DNA of 64,000 nt from Octopus sinensis (Eukaryota). This document shows, one piece after another, positions 1 through 12,070 of this stretch; the first letter of the stretch is position 1; every line of letters starts with the position of its first letter. The stretch lies in assembly GCF_006345805.1 (NCBI RefSeq), contig NC_043003.1, positions 6,634,001-6,698,000 of the forward strand, in the 5' to 3' direction. The notes under the pieces are model-generated. The model ran no database searches, was not told the DNA's origin, and worked only from the letters and a program-made list of their open reading frames with translations. The translations under genes were made by a program, and so were the position numbers.

Positions 1-1210
1 ATGTATGTATGTATGTATGTATGTATGTATGTATGAATGAATGTATGTATGTATGTATGTATGAATGAATGAATGTATGTATGGTATGTATGTATGGTAT
101 GTATGAATGTATGTATGTATGTATGAATGAATGTATGTATGCATGTATGTATGTATGTATGTATGTATGTATGAATGAATGTATGTATGTATGTATGTAT
201 GTATGTATGTATGTATGTATGTATGTATGTATGAATGAATGTATGTACGTATGTATGTATGTATGAATGAATGTATGTATGTATGTATGTATGTATGTAT
301 TATGTATGTATGTATGTATGAATGAATGTATGTATGTATGTATGTATGTATGTATGTATGTATGTATGTATGTATGTATGTATGTATGTGTGTATGTATG
401 TATGAATGAATGTATGTATGTATATATGTATGTATGAATGTATGTATGAATGTATGTATGATGAATGTATGTATGTATGTATGATGAATGTATGTATGTA
501 TGTATGTATGTATATGTTTATGTATGAAGAGAATGTATGTATGTATGTATGAATGTATGTATGTATGTATGTATGAATGAATGTATGTATGTATGAATGA
601 ATGTATGTATGTATGTATGTATGTATGTATGTATGTATGTATGTATGTATGTATGTATGAATGAATGTATGTATGTATGAATGAATGTATGTATGTATGT
701 ATGAATGAATGTATGTATGTATGTATGAATGAATGTATGTATGTATGTATGTATGTATGTATGTATGTATGTATGTATGTAGTATGATGAATGAATGTAT
801 GTATGTATGAATGTAGGTATGTATGATGAATGAATGTTGTTATAATGTATGTATGTATGTATGTATGTATGTATGTATGTATGTATGTATGTATGAATGA
901 ATGTATGTATGTATGTATGTAGATGTATGTATGTATGTATGTAGTGTATGTATGTATGTATGTATGTAGAATGAATGTATGTATGTATGAATGTATGTAT
1001 GTATGTATGTATGTATGTATGTATGTATGTATGTATGTATGAATGAATGTATGTATGTATGAATGTATGTATGTATGTATGTATGTATGTATGTATGTAT
1101 GTATGTATGTATGAATGAATGTATGTATGTATGTATGAATGAATGTATGTATGTATGTATGTATGTATGTATGTATGTGTGTATGTATGTATGTATGTAC
1201 GTATGTATGT
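1..1210. repeat. (TATG)n/(TGAA)n microsatellite array
   Basis: Directly visible tetranucleotide array; source of the YVCM/HTYI pseudo-ORFs. Confidence 0.97.
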
Positions 1211-1370
1211 ACGTATGAAAAGGCATGTCAAAAGACATCCTACCGTGGTACCTGTCACCTCCGCCAGTCAGCACTGCTGTGCATTATGCAAGAGAAGGAA
1301 TAAATCTTTGACCGGGCTCAAGAGTCATACAAGGGCCTCATATTGCATCATCAATGACCCATTTCAATGA
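1211..1370 (+). mobile_element. 3'-terminal fragment of an RTE-like LINE
   Basis: Translates to CALCKRRNKSLTGLKSHTR followed shortly by a stop. This resembles the Cys/His motif ending the RTE-like ORF at 63.2 kb (VCNVCSRVCLSRAGLISHQR). Confidence 0.4.
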
Positions 1371-1410
1371 TTCTTTCTAGCAAAAGCAGTTACTATATAT
1401 GGATGGATAG

Positions 1411-1818
1411 GGCGGCGAGCTGGCAGAAACGTTAGCGCGCCGGGCTGAATGCTTAGCGGTATTTCGTCTGTCTGAGTTCAAATTCCGGCGAGGTCGACTT
1501 TGCCTTTCATCCTTTCGGGGTCGATAAATAAGTACCAGTTTCGCACTGGGGTCGAATGTAATCGACTTAATCTGTTTGTCTGTCCTTATTTGTCCTCTCT
1601 GTGTTTTAGTACCCCTTGTGGGTAGTAAAGAAATAGGTTTTCGTCTGCCGTTACGTTCTGAGTTCAAATTCCGCCGAGGTCGACTTTGCCTTTCATCCTT
1701 TCAGGGTCGATAAATAAAGTACCAGTTTCGCACTGGGGTCGATGTAATCGACTTAATCCGTTTGTCTGTCCTTGTTTGTCCCCTCTATGTTTAGCCCCTT
1801 GTGGGCAATAAAGAAATA
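1411..1818 (+). mobile_element. SINE family B (tRNA-like head GGCGGCGAGCTGGCAG), head plus two tandem ~180-bp body units
   Basis: The head is followed by a body containing GTCGACTTTGCCTTTCATCCTTTCGGGGTCGA, repeated twice. Many near-identical copies occur in the window. Confidence 0.88.
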
Positions 1819-2202
1819 TATATATGGATGGATGGATAAATGGATGGATGTGTGCTTACGTTTAAACGTATGTACTTATATGTAATTATAGATGTATACA
1901 GGCTCATAAGGTGATTATGAATGAAGAGGCAACGTTGCTAATACAATAACAACAACAACAAAACAACCATTGACATCTTGTAGATATCCGGTTCATACAC
2001 TCTTAAATTCGTTGTAGTAAGAAGTCCTCACAGGACAATCCTCTGTTCTCAAATATTCTCTCAATTGGTTCCACTTCCTACAACGGAAAAACAGGATGTC
2101 ATCGGATTAACTAATCGCCTTCCGTCTTGTCATTGTTGTCATCCGAATACAAAGAAACCCCCCCAAACACCCTCACACACGCATGCATGATTATGTCTAT
2201 AC

Positions 2203-2400
2203 TTTTTACTCTTTTACTTGTTTCAGTCATTTGACTGCGGCCATGCTGGAGCACCGCCTTTAGTCGAGCAAATCGACCCCGGACTTATTCTTTGTAAGCC
2301 CAGGACTTATTCTATCGGTCTCTTTTGCCGAACCGCTAAGTGACGGGGACGTAAACACACCAGCATCGGTTGTCAAGCAATGCTAGGGGGACAAACACAG

Positions 2401-2439
<39 letters not shown>

Positions 2440-2611
2440 CATATATACGACAGGCTTCTTTCAGTTTCCGTCTACCAAATCCACTCACAAGGCTTTGGTC
2501 GGCCCGGGGCTATAGCAGAAGACACTTGCCCAAGATGCCACGCAGTGGGACTGAACCCGGAACCATGTGGTTGGTTAGCAAGCTACTTACCACACAGCCA
2601 CTCCTGCGCCT
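2203..2611 (-). mobile_element. SINE family A (tRNA-like head, central (CA)n(TA)n, (TAAAAGAG)n tail), full length
   Basis: The minus strand reads GGCGCAGGAGTGGCTGTGTGGTAAG...GGTTCAGTCCC (A/B-box-like) and ends in GTAAAAGAG repeats. More than 10 copies occur in the window. Confidence 0.9.
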
Positions 2612-2732
2612 ATATATATAAAAAATTATAATGAGGGTGAGAAATTAGATATTATTTAATTAACATCGATTTCACACCAGTGGTGTAGCATAAAAAAAAA
2701 CTGAAGGTTCAGTAAAATTGTATTATTTTATA

Positions 2733-2919
2733 TGAGAGGGAAACCACTATGTGGACACCCTTATGCTAGAAATAGATCTGCTAAGGTCTTTTTTTTTTTT
2801 TTGTCTTGCTCGATTACGTTTTGGTTGTTTTGCTAAATTTTTGTTGAGAACATTTCTTAGTGGTGAGATCGTAACAGATCTATTTTGGCATATGGGTGTC
2901 CACATAGTGGTTCCCTCTG
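2733..2919. mobile_element. Tc1/mariner-type MITE, ~185 bp
   Basis: Imperfect ~45-bp TIRs (GAGGGAAACCACTATGTGGACACCC... / ...GGGTGTCCACATAGTGGTTCCCTC) with TA at the flanks. Confidence 0.75.
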
Positions 2920-3355
2920 TATGTATATATATATATATGCATATGTGTGTGTCTGTCTATTTATGTGTGTGTGAGTTTGTATGTGCGTGTGTGTGTGTGG
3001 TGTGTGTGTGTTGTGTGTGTGGTGGTGTGTGTGTGTGTGTGCACATATATATACACAGAGAGAGAGAATGAGCGAGAGAGAGAATCACGAAGCAGAGCTC
3101 TAATAATAGGATGTAAATACTGGGTGGAAAAACGCTTTTTCATAGAAAGTCGAGAGCCGTTTTCGATTTCTGTCAATGGCTGACGGATTGACGCCGCTGA
3201 TCAAGGGGAAACAACTCATATCCCCTTCTTTCGAAGCTTTTTAACACACTACGCACTAATTTGATATCTTTCTTTCGTGGTCTGTTGCCCCTTAAACGAA
3301 TTATTTGCATACTTCGAAATCTATATAAGATCCTTTGACGGGTACAATATATATA

Positions 3356-3458
<103 letters not shown>

Positions 3459-3523
3459 GCGGATTATAAGTGGATAAATCAGTGTATTGGCTTTAGAATA
3501 ACCCTCTTTAGCCCTTTAATATA

Positions 3524-3626
<103 letters not shown>

Positions 3627-3908
3627 TGTATGTATGTATGTATGTATATATAATTATAACAATAATTTACAAATATTGTTGTCTGTGGAGACATCTTTTT
3701 GTAGAAAAAGGAAAATAGTAGTCTTTTGGCTGCTATTTCTAAGATTTTCGGTATGTGGTCAAGCAACTTCTTGCTAAACCTTATTGTTATAATTATATAA
3801 TAAAAAAAACTTTTTGTATAAGTTTTTACCGAAAAAATTCTAGGTGAAATTTGTTTATTTTATTAAATTAATTATCTTTCACCCTATATCTGTAAAATAT
3901 ATATATAT

Positions 3909-3959
<51 letters not shown>

Positions 3960-4135
3960 GAAGTAAATATTGGCACAACGAAGTACGATATTTACTGGAA
4001 TAGCGAACGTAATAATACGACGCTAATGTATAGCTTCATCGCGTATGTACTAGCAAAAATGCGTGAGTGCAACAAACTAGAGAAAAATTGTCTTACCTCC
4101 AGGGAGAACATCTGAAAGATGAAATACCTAGAAAA

Positions 4136-4224
4136 GGATAATGTGGGACCGGAGCCGGTTTCAGATTTTTCAAGATATGTCTGCACCCATAAAATAATCT
4201 ATCTTCATCAGCCAAACATATACC
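4136..4224 (-). ncRNA. Type I hammerhead ribozyme, canonical core
   Basis: Minus strand: ggtatatgtttgg-CTGATGA-AGAT...ATCT-GAA-ACCG(GCTC)CGGT-C^-ccacattatcc. It has an intact CUGAUGA/GAAA core, a GUC cleavage triplet and pairing in stems I, II and III. The predicted cut is between 4147 and 4146. Confidence 0.8.
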
Positions 4225-4509
4225 ACGACAACATTTCAGATGTTACCACATTAATGCCAATACACTCGACTGAAACGCCGAACGCTAACAGCACGAGAAC
4301 GGTGAAGAAGTTTCAATAAATTAGTAATGCAATACTAGAGTATTGGTTTCCAGTAAAGAATAGCCCGTGAGGGAAAAATATACAAAGAAGTAAATATATG
4401 GCACAACGAAGTACCGATATTTACTGGAAATAACGAACGATATGTAAATGTAAAAAAATACAAACTGGGACAAGAACGTGAAACATTTAGAAGACGATAC
4501 AAAAAACAC

Positions 4510-4548
4510 GGACGGACATTCGAAGCCTTCAATCTTCAGTCAAGAACC
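4510..4548 (-). ncRNA. Degenerate minimal hammerhead motif
   Basis: Minus strand CTGAAGA-TTGAAGGCTTC-GAATGTC. The expected GAAACGTC is damaged and stem I does not pair in cis. Confidence 0.35.
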
Positions 4549-4859
4549 GGATCATCTTCGCAATTCGGCTGATTAATCTTGAGATTGCTCCGATCTGGCC
4601 AGCCCCAAAGGAAAATCTAAGCCAAGCGCATTAGATTCCTTGGAAGAAAGCCTCGTATGTATACAAAACAAGGACGGAAAAACGGACGATGTTACGCGAA
4701 TAAGAATACAAAAATACGTAAAAACAATAATGATAGCACGAATAAGAATACAAAAATACGTAAAAACAATAATGATAATAATAATAACAACAAAAACAGG
4801 ACGTCACAGACAAGTGTCTTTTCGACAGGACGAGTAAATTTTTGAGCTGACGTTAGAAG

Positions 4860-5270
4860 AAAGCCTTAGGGCTACAGAGAGACAAAAAAGTGTGTCTTGC
4901 CGCAACGGCTGCTGGCCACGAAGAGGTTAGCAATCGAGGGTCTTCTTCAAACCGGCATACATCCCACAGGTGTCGCCACTGTCAGCACTGACTTGATACT
5001 CTGACAGATTCCTGCCAATACCATTGCACAGCGTCTGGCAGTCAGTTGGGTTTTATTTCTTGCCTTTCTGAGTTCTTCGAGTGACTTGTAGAAGAATCAC
5101 TCTTGTATTGCATCAGAGCTGCACACTTTGCTTCGATAACTGTTCCAGCTCTGAGAGCCCAGCACTGAAAAAATCTGGGTTTTGCCTTTCTCTCATGCCG
5201 AAAGTATCTATTGATGTGGTATACAAAGCTTCCCTTATATAATTCCACCTACTTTCAGCAGAGGAGGTTG
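4860..5270 (-). mobile_element. RTE-clade LINE fragment (endonuclease-RT linker), degenerate
   Basis: Frameshifted translation WEALYTTSIDTFGMRERQNPDFF...VIEAKCAALMQYKSD...EELRKARNKTQLTARRCA resembles the RTE linker region. Confidence 0.55.
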
Positions 5271-5279
5271 GGCAGCTAC

Positions 5280-5460
5280 TGAGGGCAACCTTGATGCAGG
5301 GCGGGTTCTGGGGGAGAGAGCAGATGCACGGTCCACAGAACGTGCCCTGGCAAGGGCGGTGTGGATAGTGGTGAGGGGATATCCATTTAGGATGAAGTGG
5401 TGAGCCAAGAGTTGAGACTCAGTCTCAAAGTCATGGTCGTCACTAAGCTAAGCTCCCTGT
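5280..5460 (-). mobile_element. Penelope-like element fragment
   Basis: Reverse-complement match to 12690-12840 (GACGACCATGACTTTGAGACT.AGTCTCAAC...CCCCTCACCACTATCCACACCGCCCTTGCCAG). Confidence 0.75.
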
Positions 5461-5539
5461 AATAGTGGAAGCAATGCCGTAGCGCTCACTGTGGGGCTGG
5501 TAGCTGTGGACAGTGAGCCCAACGGTGCCCAGAGCTTTG

Positions 5540-5651
5540 CCCATGACACTCCATGAACCCTAAGTAAGGAATTTGTAAAATTTGAATGAAATCGGTTCTC
5601 AAGTTTTAGGGTTTCACACAGACAGACAGACTCACATTCTCAGTTTTATAT
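5540..5651 (-). mobile_element. Non-autonomous Helitron-like 5' fragment interrupted by the solo LTR
   Basis: The sequence AAATCGGTTCTCAAG..ACAGACAGACAGAC..CAGTTTTATAT resembles the end of the Helitron at 56229-56604 (...CACTTTTATATATAAAGAT). Confidence 0.4.
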
Positions 5652-6827
5652 TGTTACGGAATCACCCGTCGTCGCCCGTCCCGAACGGCTCACACAAGTT
5701 CCGCCACGGAACCCAAAGAGGCGGAGAGAGGAGAGGAGAGATACAACAACAACCACAACCTCAGCACAGAGATACAGAGGCACAACCCGAGACACAACCC
5801 AAAGAGGCAAGGCAACAACTGGCAACGCTGGCTTATATTCAAACAACAGTTTATACGACAATTACAATTGTTACAACATCAAAGCATTTAAGGCAAACAA
5901 CAAATCAATACATCATACGGTATACCACAGATCAAAGCATTTAACAACATGCATGTAACAATATAACAGTGTTCAGTAACGACACAACAAGTCCAGATCA
6001 AATAATGTTCACGATACGTCACAGTCCAATCAGAACACTTCGATACATTATACAATGTTCGTATCACAACAATTCACGTTACAATTCAACAAGTCCTTTA
6101 CTCAATTCACAATGTTCTTTATCGACTACATCGACAGAGTCCTTCTTTTTCTCTCTTCTTTCTCTTCTTTTCTTTTACATCGTGACACGTATCAATACAC
6201 AATCACATACCTTAATTCCTAACTGAATCGCCAGTGTCCCATTCTGCACTCATCTCTCAATACTGCTAAATCCAGCCTGCCAAACTCCTGCATCCCAACT
6301 TGCTTGCTCCTAAGTTTCCACCTACTCGCTCTGATTTCCAGAATCCGACTGTCCTTCTTCGACGACCGACTCCAACTCCAAGATCCGTCTGTGTTCCTCG
6401 ACGACCGCTCAACGACTGCCAAGACCTCACTTCGTCTCTGTCCTTCTTCCACTCCCCCATCTCCCTCTGTCTATATCGCTCTTACCCTTTCTAACTGCCC
6501 TGGTCCTTATACCCTATCTATATCGCCTGCTGTCTCTTAGCCTTTCTATTTGCTATCTGATTCCTTACTCTATCTATATCGCCTGCTGTCTCTTAGCCTC
6601 TCCATCCGTCCCCTACCGCTTATACCCTATCTCTATTTGCTCTCAGCCCTTAATCTGTCCCTTTTCTCTCACATTCTCCTGACCCTTTTCTCAACCGCAC
6701 GAGGTCACAGGTCCTTCCAAAACCCATCAGTCCTCCATTAGACAAAAGACTGTCACATTTTCACCAGACATGATGGTGCCATAATTCCTAAGTGGGTCAC
6801 CAGAAATGCACCTAGCCAACCGTAACA
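5652..6827. mobile_element. Solo LTR (Gypsy-like), 1176 bp
   Basis: Perfect 8-bp inverted termini TGTTACGG...CCGTAACA, flanked by a 4-bp TSD ATAT (5648-5651 and 6828-6831). No internal coding sequence. Confidence 0.8.
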
Positions 6828-6922
6828 ATATAAATAAAACAAGTAAAGGAATAAAAGAATAATTGTTTGGACCGTGGGTGTACGGTGAGTAGCACGCATA
6901 CAGAAACGTAGGTACATGTATG

Positions 6923-6924
<2 letters not shown>

Positions 6925-6991
<67 letters not shown>

Positions 6992-7375
6992 CGTACGTAC
7001 ATACATACATACATACATACATACATACATACATACGTACGTACGTGCGTATGTATGTACATACATGCATACATACGTACGTAAGTACGTAAGTACATGC
7101 ATGTATACATACATACATACATACATACGTACGTACGTGCGTATGTATGTACATACATGCATACATACGTACGTAAGTACGTAAGTACATGCATGTATAC
7201 ATACATACATACATACATACATACATACATACATACATACATACATACATACATACATACATACAAGCACATATATAAATACATACGTACGTACATACAT
7301 ACACACTTGCACACAAGCATATGTCCATTCTTACATACATACATATAAATACATACGTGTGTGTGTGTGTGCGCG
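6925..7375. repeat. (TA)n + (TACA/TACG)n compound microsatellite
   Basis: Directly visible. Confidence 0.95.
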
Positions 7376-7699
7376 CGCACACTGCCACTTTCTTCCGAAT
7401 CTTTCTGTTCAAAGTTCAAATAGCGCGGGAGTCAATTTCGTTTTTCATTCTTTAGAGGTCGACCAAATAAAGGATCGGTCGGCCAGTGTTGTCGACGGCG
7501 TCGGTGAATCCACTCGCCTCAAATTTGCCTGAATCTAAATCAGAACCATTCAAAATATTATTACATCATATTGGCATTTGTTATTTGTTTTGTTTCAACC
7601 GACGTCTGAAGTGGGAATCCACGGTTGATAGGACAGGAAAATTTGCAGAAGATTGTCTGCTGGTTTCGTATTTCTGTTTCGTGTCCTTAAAGAACTGCT

Positions 7700-7902
7700 G
7701 AAAAGAATGACTCCATGGACGCTGCCTGGAATGGATTTATTGCCGAAAGCAAAACGGACAGCTTTTATGTATTCGTCCACTCTGCTGCCTCTTTAATGCT
7801 GAGATTGGCAACAGAGAGATGTCATCAGAAATAAAATTTACTTTTTATTGTTGCGGTACCTGCCAGAGGGAGTGTTTGTCCAGGATAGGACTACACATCC
7901 AC
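7700..7902 (+). mobile_element. LINE (RTE-like) endonuclease-region fragment
   Basis: CCTGCCAGAGGGAGTGTTTGTCCAGGATA.GACTACACA matches the reverse complement of ~29225-29280. Confidence 0.5.
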
Positions 7903-8008
7903 AGTGGCTGTGTGGTAAGTAGCTTGCTAACCAACCACATGGTTCCGGGTTCAGTCCCACTGCGTGGCATCTTGGGCAAGTGTCTTCTGCTATAGCCCCG
8001 GGCCGACC
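7903..8008 (+). mobile_element. SINE family A, 5' part, cut by an assembly gap
   Basis: GTGGCTGTGTGGTAAGTAGCTTGCTAACC... runs into the N run. Confidence 0.85.
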
Positions 8009-8108
8009 NNNNNNNNNNNNNNNNNNNNNNNNNNNNNNNNNNNNNNNNNNNNNNNNNNNNNNNNNNNNNNNNNNNNNNNNNNNNNNNNNNNNNNNNNNNN
8101 NNNNNNNN
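8009..8108. other. Assembly gap (100 N)
   Basis: Exactly 100 N, i.e. a placeholder of unknown true size. Confidence 0.99.
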
Positions 8109-8428
8109 ATATATATACAGCCTCGGATCCCTATAAAGGGTCATATAGACTACTTTCTCTCTTCGCTAAAACAGAAAAACCTGTAGAGAGAGATCATTTG
8201 AAGATATATATTTCTACCAAAAATAAAGGGATCGCTGTGAAATATTAAAAGATAGAGAATTAGAGGAATTTAGGGCGAGAAATTCTGTGAGAATGGAATC
8301 CTGAAATGTTAACGATGTCTCGTAGTTGGTCGAATTATGCTGGAACACTAACAGAAACTAGAATTTCCTGGCTGCATTTTGTAAGTGACAAGAATTTGGC
8401 GTTTCTGTGGGTTAGAGTAAATAAAATG

Positions 8429-8431
8429 TCA

Positions 8432-8521
<90 letters not shown>

Positions 8522-8525
8522 GATG

Positions 8526-8623
<98 letters not shown>

Positions 8624-8680
8624 AATAATAATAATAATGATGATGATGATGATGATGATGATAATAATAATAATAATAAT
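8429..8680. repeat. (AAT)n/(GAT)n compound trinucleotide microsatellite
   Basis: Directly visible. Confidence 0.97.
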
Positions 8681-9127
8681 CAAAACCTGAGCCAATCCAA
8701 AATAAATGTCAAATAGTTTTAAATAATAATTCATGTTTTAGGAATGTTTAAGGAACTGTCTGCGATATTTATGTAGGTAATTATGGGGTACAGGGCATGG
8801 AACAGTGGACGTAATTATGAAACGGATAAGGGGAGAGTTGGGTAGAGCTTAGAGGCGGAATTGAGTGGAATGGAATGATATTTATTACTGGAGAGAGGAT
8901 TTTGGTAGAAAGGTACGGCATGAAAGGTATGGAGAAAGAGAACATTTCTCCTGGCTTACGGTGAGGGCAAATGTAAGGTGCAACAATAAAAGAGAGATAT
9001 TAAAAGAGAATAATAAAAACAATTAATGATAAATACACTCGTTACATATACACAGATACACTTGTATCCGTATTATAATTACTCATGTATACATATATAT
9101 GTCTTTGAACATGAATATATACATTCC

Positions 9128-9513
9128 CACTGTGTGGTAAGTAGCTTGCTAACCAACCACATGGTTCCGGGTTCAGTCCCACTGCGTGGCATCTTGGGCA
9201 AGCGTCTTCTGCTATAGCCCCGGGCCGACCAATGCCTTGTGAGTGGATTTGGTAGACGGAAACTGAAAGAAGCCTGTCGTATATATGTATATATATATAT
9301 ATGTTTGTGTGTGTGTTTTGTGTGTATGTGTTTGTACCCCTAGCATTGCTTGACACCGATGCTGGTGTGTTACGTCCCCGTCACTTAGCGTTCGGCAAAA
9401 GAGACCGATAGAGTAAGTACTGGGCTTACAAAGAATAAGTCACGGGTCGATTGCTCGACTAAAGGCGGTGCTCCAGCATGGCCACAGTCAAATGACTGAA
9501 ACATGTAAAAGAG
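9128..9513 (+). mobile_element. SINE family A
   Basis: Near full-length match to the other A copies. Confidence 0.9.
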
Positions 9514-9544
<31 letters not shown>

Positions 9545-9883
9545 GACATTTAAGTTTGTAACATTCTAAGCAATGACTCGATGTTGTATGAAACCTAAAG
9601 ATTCCAAAGAAGTCAATGATATTGTCGGATAATTTATTCCATACAAATAAAATTCAAAATTCCTTTCAATCCAATATGGCTATTATAGAGATGGCGGTTT
9701 TGTCTCCTAATGTCATTTCATTCTGTATCAAAGAGCTATGTATATTTTTCAACGCCTGTTTATCTTAGTGAGAGAAAGTAGATTGCAAATAACTGTACGT
9801 ACCGATCTCGCTACTAACAAGTTCTTGGAGATCTTGTCTCCTTTAAAAATTCCTAATATTATCTGCGCCGAAATCTAAACCAA

Positions 9884-10270
9884 TTTCTTTTCTACTCTAT
9901 GTACAATGCCCGAAATGTTTGGGGAGGGGGCCAGTCGATTAGATCGACCCCAGTGCGTGACTGGTACTTAATTTATCGACCTTGAAAGGATGAAAGGCAA
10001 ATTCGACCTCTGCTGAATTTGACCTCAGAACGTAGCGGCAGACGAAATACCTATTGCTTTACAACCCACAAGGGGCTAAACACAGAGGGGACAGACGAAA
10101 GGATTAAGTCGATTATATCGACCCCAGTGCGTAACTGGTACTTATTTAATTGACCCCGAAAGGATGAAAGACAAAGTCGACCTCGGCGGAATTTGAACTC
10201 AGAACGTAGCGGCAGACGAAATACGGCTACGCATTTCGCCCGGCGTGCTAACGGTTCTGCCAGCTCGCCG
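9884..10270 (-). mobile_element. SINE family B (head + one unit) joined to a B2 variant with a different 3' tail
   Basis: The head is at 10270 on the minus strand. 9884-10050 shares the B core but has the tail ...CCCTCCCCAAACATTTCGGGCATTG..AGAGTAGAAAG, also seen at ~56992-57130. Confidence 0.8.
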
Positions 10271-10429
10271 TCTTTGATTTACATACCTGCTTACGTTTTC
10301 TTACGTAGGTGTACACACGTATATCTATGTTTATGTATGTATGTACGTACATACGTATGTATGTATGTATGTATGCTATGTATGTATGTATGTATGTATG
10401 TATGTATGTATGTATGTATGTCACCATGA

Positions 10430-10630
10430 TAGATCGTTAGCCACTACACACATTTTTTTCTCCTTGTTTCTCTCCTTGTTTTTTTTTCTGTGTCCCTTTC
10501 TGTAGAAGAGCGAAGGCTCGAAACGTAAAAAACTTTTTCTATTCCTGAGCGTTATATTAATACATCTGTTTGTTTTGTACACCACCTGTCTTCGTCTTTT
10601 GGGGTTTTTATTCGTAAACTCTCCCTATGT
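10430..10630 (+). mobile_element. Solo PLE pseudo-LTR with variant hammerhead motif
   Basis: Homologous to 14230-14430, which terminates a GIY-YIG PLE. Contains CTGTAGA-A-GAGC(GAAG)GCTC-GAAACGTA at 10500-10527. Confidence 0.65.
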
Positions 10631-10639
10631 ATGTATGTA

Positions 10640-11262
10640 TAATAACATAATAATAAATAATAATAATAATAATAATAATATAATAATAATTGTGTCACAG
10701 TGCTCAGGTGCAACTACAACTCATCTAAAGTGTATATATAATCAGGTGTAGTTTCGGCGGATTTCGGAAAGCATGAGGGCCTTAAAGGATGCAGTGTCAT
10801 GGCAGTCAACAACTGACGCAGGCATTTATCCATGCTTCAGCAAACTCTGAGCGTGAAAAATGTTTCCGAAAGTCATGGGAGCTGTGTTTTTTTGACTTTG
10901 TAGGCATGTCCACGTGTTTAGACACATGGAGATCAAAAAGGTGTTCAGTGTTGTTGTTAGTGAGTGGGTTGATAACCTTGTGGGTGTTTACCAAGTCCGT
11001 CGCCAGACGCCGGAGCTTCAGTGAATCCATGCCCAGGGAAACAAGGCGCTCATGAATATGGTAGGTGTCTGATGAGGGTATCGTTTGGTTGCATGTCTCT
11101 GGACAGATTCCAGGAGGTCAATGTTCTGAGCAAGATAGGGATTCCAAACTGATGATGCGAATTCCAAGTGTGGTCGTACCATAGCTGTATACAGTTTTAA
11201 ATAGATGGCTGGAGAGCGGCTAACAAAGTCTTGCTGATGTGCAAGACAAAAACCCTCGGCCT
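10640..11262 (-). mobile_element. CR1-type LINE 3' fragment with (TTA)n tail
   Basis: Translation includes LKLYTAMVRPHLEFASSVWNPYLAQNIDLLESVQRHATKR and SLKLRRLATDL...HSSHDFRKHF, typical of a CR1 ORF2 C-terminus. Confidence 0.85.
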
Positions 11263-11479
11263 TGTATGTATGTATGTATGTATGTATGTATGTATGTATG
11301 TATGTATGTATGTATGTATGTATGTATGTATGTATGTATTGTAAGACCTGGATGGTTTGCATAAAACATTTGAAACCTACGGGAGCGCTCCCACCTGCGT
11401 TGCTGAGATTGCTCTTTAGCAGGCTTTTAGGCCTCTAATTTAAATATAATGCCCGGTCATCCTTCGAATAGCTGTAGGA

Positions 11480-11990
11480 ATTAGGCAACCGTGGTTGAAT
11501 CCATGTCCGAACGTTGGTCATCTGGATTCAACTACGGTTGCCTACAGCTCTTTGGCATTCACTGGATCTCACATGTTTCAGACACAGAGGTACGGGATCG
11601 AGCTAATCCACTCAGCACAGGAGCTCATATATGCAAGCACCAGCTTCACTGGCAGGACACTCGACACGGCTGGACGATAGCCGAATCCCCAAGCGGATGC
11701 TTTGCCGTGATCTGGCTGAAGGAAAAAAAAAGGCCTAAACAAAAGCTAAGAAATGCTTTAAGGACTGAAGGAAAGAGAGGCGATGTGGTAATTCGACTTA
11801 GTTCTTCACGGCAGGGAATTACAGAAACAAGCGACAGAAACAAGTGGAGAAAAACAAACATACGAAGGGTGTTGCTCATTCCATAAAATGGCCAATAAGC
11901 TTAATAAAGAAGACTAAAAGAGCTGTCCGTAAAGAAGCGAAAGCAGAATTAGCCCTTTCCCAATTTGTTTGCCATGAGTGTGGCCGAATA
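11480..11990 (+). mobile_element. RTE-like LINE 3' fragment, degenerate
   Basis: LQLFGIHWISHVSDTEVRDRA...QLHW and terminal FVCHECGRIF motifs. Confidence 0.55.
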
Positions 11991-12070
11991 TTCTTGCGTG
12001 AATGCGTGTGTGTGTGTGTCCATGTTTATTCCCCACCACCGCTTGACAACCGGTATTGGTTTGTTTACGT

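Larger units (their letters stand above)
3958..4640 (-). mobile_element. Two tandem PLE pLTR-like/retrozyme-like units, each with a hammerhead motif
   Basis: A ~50-bp direct repeat (AAAGAAGTAAATAT..TGGCACAACGAAGTAC.GATATTTACTGGAA) occurs at ~3958 and ~4384. Hammerhead cores lie at 4211-4147 and 4539-4515 on the minus strand. Confidence 0.55.

Noticed and set aside
8009-8108. Sequence continuity across the N runs (also 60965-61064)
   Set aside because: These are 100-N placeholders at SINE A microsatellites; distances and adjacency across them are unreliable, and ORFs spanning them are artefacts.
11069-11075. Other CTGATGA matches (also 36176-36182)
   Set aside because: They lie inside CR1 and maT coding remnants with no correctly placed GAAA, stem III or UH.
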